From Candidatus Zixiibacteriota bacterium (GTDB lineage Bacteria; RBG-13-66-14; B26-G2; WVWN01), in NCBI GenBank assembly GCA_050117845.1, contig JASFLY010000009.1, forward strand, positions 1 to 64,000: DNA of 64,000 bases, read 5' to 3'. This document shows, piece by piece, positions 60,859-64,000 of this stretch. The stretch's first letter is position 1, and the number at the start of each line of letters is the position of its first letter. The translations under genes and the position numbers were made by a program. The notes under the pieces are model-generated. The model was not told where the DNA came from. It did no database searches and was given only the letters and a program-made list of their open reading frames with translations.

Positions 60859-62565
60859 ATGGCCGGGAAAAGCGGAAAGCAGGGATACTTCACCTTCGTC
60901 CTTCACAGCCACCTGCCGTACGTAATGGGCCACGGCGGCTGGCCGCACGGCACCGACTGGATATTCGAGGCGGCGTGCGAGACCTACCTTCCGCTCGTTA
61001 AAACGCTGCGCCAGTTGCTCGACGAGGGCGTCCGGCCGGGCGTCACGCTGGGGATAACGCCCATTCTCGCCGAACAATTGGCCGACCCGGCCTTCGCCGC
61101 CGGCCTGGGCGACTACATCGAGATAAAGATCCGCGCCGCCCACGACAACGCCGCCGAATTGGGCGCCGCCGGCCGCTCGGACATGGCGGCCCTCGCCGAC
61201 TCCTGGCGCGACTTCTACGGCGCCGCCCGCGCCGACTTCGAAGAGCGCCTCGGCGGCGACATAATAGGCGCGTTCCGGGACCTCGCCGCGGAAGGCGCTT
61301 TGGAAGTGATTACCTGCGCCGCCACCCACGCCTACCTCCCGCTCCTGGGCCGGGACGAGTCCATCGCGCTACAGCTCCGCGCGGCCCGGGCGGCCCACCG
61401 GCGCCACTTCGGCCGCGACCCTTCGGGGATATGGCTCCCCGAATGCGCGTACCGCCCCGGCTATGAGTGGCGCTACCCCCTCGAGCCCTGGGCGGAGAGG
61501 CCCCCCTTCCGCCGGCCGGGCCTCGAGGACATGCTTTCCGCCGTCGGCCTGAAATACTTCATGATAGACACCCACCTCCTGCGGGGCGGCCGGGCGATGG
61601 GCGTTTACGCGGGGCGCTTCGAGGCGCTGAAACGCATCTACGAGCAGATGCTCGCCGGGGCCGACCTCCCTTCGGCCGGCGAGGACCTCACCCCCCACCG
61701 GCCCTACTACGTGGGGGCGGCGGCGCCGGCGGTGGCCTGTTTCGTGCGCGACGCCGAGACGGGCCTGGTCGTCTGGTCGGGCGAACACGGGTATCCCGGC
61801 GACGGGTGGTACCTCGACTTCCACAAAAAGCACTTCCCCGGCGGCCTTCGCTACTGGCGCGTCACCTCCTCGGGCGCCGGCCTCGACGCCAAGGAGCCGT
61901 ACCGGCCGGCGGAAATCCCCGGCCGCCTGGCCGAGAACGCCGACCACTTCGCGGACCTGGTGCAAAAACTCCTGGCGGAGGACCCGTCGGCCTCCCCCCT
62001 CCTCGTCGCGCCGTACGACAGCGAGCTCTTCGGCCACTGGTGGCACGAGGGGCCGGCGTGGCTGGGCAATACCCTCCGGCGCCTCGACGCGGCGCCCGAC
62101 GTGGAATTGGTAACCTGCGGCGACTACCTGGAACGCTTCCCGCCGGAGACGTCCGTGGCGCTGCCGGAGGGCTCGTGGGGCGAGGGCGGCTTCCACGGCA
62201 TCTGGCTCAACCCCGAAACAGAGTGGTCCTGGCGCCTGATATACGAGGCCGAGGACGAATTGGCCGAGGCCGCGGGGCGGAAACGTTCAGCCATCGGCGA
62301 ACGGCTCTTCGTTCAGGCACTGCGCGAGTTCATGCTCCTCACCGCCTCCGACTGGCAGTTCCTCATCTCCACCTGGAGCGCCCGGGATTACGCCGAAAAC
62401 CGCCTCCGTTACCACCACGAGGCGCTGGAGCGGCTGTTCGACCTCCTGGCCCGGGACCACGCCGGCGCCGTAATAACCGGGAGCGAGTTGGACTACGTAA
62501 CCGAACTCGAGCGGCGCGACCGCCCCTTCGCCGACCTCGACCCCTCCTGGTTCTCCGCGCCTTAA
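60859..62565 (+). CDS. GH57 1,4-alpha-glucan branching enzyme-like protein
   Basis: LHSHLPYV, ETYLPL, GIWLPECAY, PYDSELFGHWW, SDWQF. Confidence 0.9.
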   Translation: MAGKSGKQGYFTFVLHSHLPYVMGHGGWPHGTDWIFEAACETYLPLVKTLRQLLDEGVRPGVTLGITPILAEQLADPAFAAGLGDYIEIKIRAAHDNAAELGAAGRSDMAALADSWRDFYGAARADFEERLGGDIIGAFRDLAAEGALEVITCAATHAYLPLLGRDESIALQLRAARAAHRRHFGRDPSGIWLPECAYRPGYEWRYPLEPWAERPPFRRPGLEDMLSAVGLKYFMIDTHLLRGGRAMGVYAGRFEALKRIYEQMLAGADLPSAGEDLTPHRPYYVGAAAPAVACFVRDAETGLVVWSGEHGYPGDGWYLDFHKKHFPGGLRYWRVTSSGAGLDAKEPYRPAEIPGRLAENADHFADLVQKLLAEDPSASPLLVAPYDSELFGHWWHEGPAWLGNTLRRLDAAPDVELVTCGDYLERFPPETSVALPEGSWGEGGFHGIWLNPETEWSWRLIYEAEDELAEAAGRKRSAIGERLFVQALREFMLLTASDWQFLISTWSARDYAENRLRYHHEALERLFDLLARDHAGAVITGSELDYVTELERRDRPFADLDPSWFSAP

Positions 62566-62583
62566 AGGGGCGTCCCGATAACC

Positions 62584-63318
62584 GTGGCCGACCGCATAAT
62601 CAAACTCACGCTGGAATACGACGGCACCGACTACGCCGGGTGGCAGATTCAGCCGGACGTGGTGACTATACAGGGCGCGCTGGAAGAGGCCCTCGCGACG
62701 GTACTCAAGGAAGAGACGCGGGTGCACGCGGCGGGCCGGACCGACGCCGGCGTTCACGCCGCGGGCCAGGTGGTCCACTTCCAAACGTCCGTGGCGATGA
62801 CGCCCGACGAATTCCGGCGGGCCCTCAACAGCCTTCTGCCGGGCGACGTCCGCGTCGTCGCCGCCGAGGAAGCGCCGGCCGACTTCCACGCCCGCTTCTC
62901 GGCCCGAAGCCGCAGCTACCGTTACGCCGTTACTTTTGACGATTCGGTCTTCACGCGGCGTCACGCCTACTGCGTCGCCGGCCCGCTGGACATGGAGGCG
63001 ATGCGGGAAGCGGCGGCCCTGCTCGTGGGCGAGCACGACTTCGCGGCCTTCGGCAACGCCTCCGACGACTACGACACGAGCGTCCGCCGCGTGACCGAAA
63101 TCCGCGTCGAGGAGACTCTGACGGGCCTCGAGGTCTACGTTACCGCCAACGCCTTCCTCTACAAGATGGTCCGCAACGTCGTGGGGACGCTCCTGCGCGT
63201 GGGCCGGGGCGAACTGGCCCCCGCCGACGTGGGCCGCCTGCTCGCCGGGAAGGAGCGCGCGGCCGCGGGGACCCCCGCGCCGCCCGCCGGCCTGACGCTG
63301 CTGCGAGTAAGCTACTGA
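62584..63318 (+). CDS. truA: tRNA pseudouridine(38-40) synthase
   Basis: YDGTDYAGWQ, AGRTDAGVHA, FHARFSA, FLYKMVR. Confidence 0.97.
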   Translation: MADRIIKLTLEYDGTDYAGWQIQPDVVTIQGALEEALATVLKEETRVHAAGRTDAGVHAAGQVVHFQTSVAMTPDEFRRALNSLLPGDVRVVAAEEAPADFHARFSARSRSYRYAVTFDDSVFTRRHAYCVAGPLDMEAMREAAALLVGEHDFAAFGNASDDYDTSVRRVTEIRVEETLTGLEVYVTANAFLYKMVRNVVGTLLRVGRGELAPADVGRLLAGKERAAAGTPAPPAGLTLLRVSY

Positions 63319-63323
63319 CGCAT

Positions 63324-63352
63324 TTGATTTGACTTGCCGGGGGGGATATGAT
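63324..63352 (+). promoter_or_regulatory. tRNA promoter
   Basis: TTGATT-17-TATGAT followed by a GC-rich discriminator. Confidence 0.55.
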
Positions 63353-63372
63353 AGATATATGTTCGCACCCGC

Positions 63373-63458
63373 GCCCGGGTGGCGGAATTTGGTAGACGCG
63401 CATGGTTGAGGGCCATGTGGGAGACTTTCCTGTGCGGGTTCGAGTCCCGCCCCGGGCA
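63373..63458 (+). tRNA. tRNA-Leu(GAG)
   Basis: GCCCGGG/CCCGGGC acceptor; CATGG-TT-GAG-GG-CCATG; long variable arm; GGTTCGAGTCC; no encoded CCA. Confidence 0.95.
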
Positions 63459-63464
63459 AAGAAG

Positions 63465-63493
63465 AACGGCCCCCAGTGGGGGCCGTTTTATTT
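63465..63493. terminator. Bidirectional intrinsic terminator
   Basis: AACGGCCCCC-AGT-GGGGGCCGTT followed by TTATTT. Confidence 0.75.
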
Positions 63494-63512
63494 GTGGAGG
63501 ATTACGTAAACC

Positions 63513-64000
63513 TCAGCCTTCGATTCCGAACGCGGCGCCTCCGAAGAAGACGCTCGCGTCGTCCTCGCCGACCGCGTCCCGCAGGTCGCCGTCGACGAGC
63601 GTCGAGTAGCTCGCGTGCGGCCGGACGTACATGACGCCCAGGAAATTAAACGTCGCCGACACGCCGGCCTCGACGAGGTTGAGGGCGAACTTGTCCTGGC
63701 CCAGGTTATAATCGTTGAACTTGGGCGAGCCCACGCCGGCCTGAACGTAGGCGTCGAGGCCCAGGTAGTCGGTGCAGCTGTGGCCCAGGCCCAAGCCGGC
63801 GTCGAAGTAATACCCGCCGGAGTTGCCCGCCACCGTCACGTAGTGGTCGGAGTACACGCTGGCTATCGACCCCACGGGGTACGCCAGAAGGACGAAGATG
63901 TCCTGCGTGTCGTCGGGGTCCACCTTCTCCGTCTCCGGGGCCGCGCCTCCACCCGACACCTCGACTTCTACCTCGGGCAGGTAGTAGTAAACGTACCCCG
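63513..64000 (-). CDS. Partial (5' end outside window) outer-membrane beta-barrel-like protein
   Basis: Frame open to the window edge; alternating aromatic/Gly beta-strand pattern. Confidence 0.6.
   Translation of the reverse strand, partial: GYVYYYLPEVEVEVSGGGAAPETEKVDPDDTQDIFVLLAYPVGSIASVYSDHYVTVAGNSGGYYFDAGLGLGHSCTDYLGLDAYVQAGVGSPKFNDYNLGQDKFALNLVEAGVSATFNFLGVMYVRPHASYSTLVDGDLRDAVGEDDASVFFGGAAFGIEG

Overview
Bacterial chromosomal window with two parts. (1) About 1-12135 is the right-hand part of an AT-rich integrative element with a satellite-like core. It carries a DnaG-type primase fused to a putative helicase/DUF3631-like C-terminus, with inverted 9-bp iterons downstream, an excisionase-type HTH, a three-gene Shango-like defence operon (TerB-domain protein, ATPase, Lhr-like helicase) and a tyrosine integrase that abuts the 5' end of a tRNA-Lys(CTT). 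(2) 12136-64000 is high-GC host backbone: two csp genes, maf, recG, two PrsW paralogs, envelope glycosyltransferases, fmt, pyrC, a pyrB-Zn-domain fusion, secA, the rimP-nusA-infB-rbfA-truB and rplM-rpsI-rpsB-tsf-pyrH-frr-uppS-cdsA-dxr-rseP-ispG clusters, three paralogous secreted proteins, a GH57 enzyme, truA and tRNA-Leu(GAG). The host looks like a diderm, possibly FCB-related, lineage; this is inferred from a T9SS-like CTD and an OMP-like gene. The strongest unexplained signals are: (a) a covarying ~210-nt structured leader shared by both csp genes, with a start-less upstream Shine-Dalgarno and an RBS-sequestering stem; (b) a short C-terminal tag (V/M-x-P-x-S-[LFM]-G-R-[VA]-K-A-x-[YF]-x-stop) on three signal-peptide proteins and on a host-like fragment inside the island; (c) a 21/24-identical palindromic operator upstream of both the island defence operon and a host Zn-ribbon microprotein; (d) marked CpA/TpG depletion. 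All calls are by eye, with no database searches.
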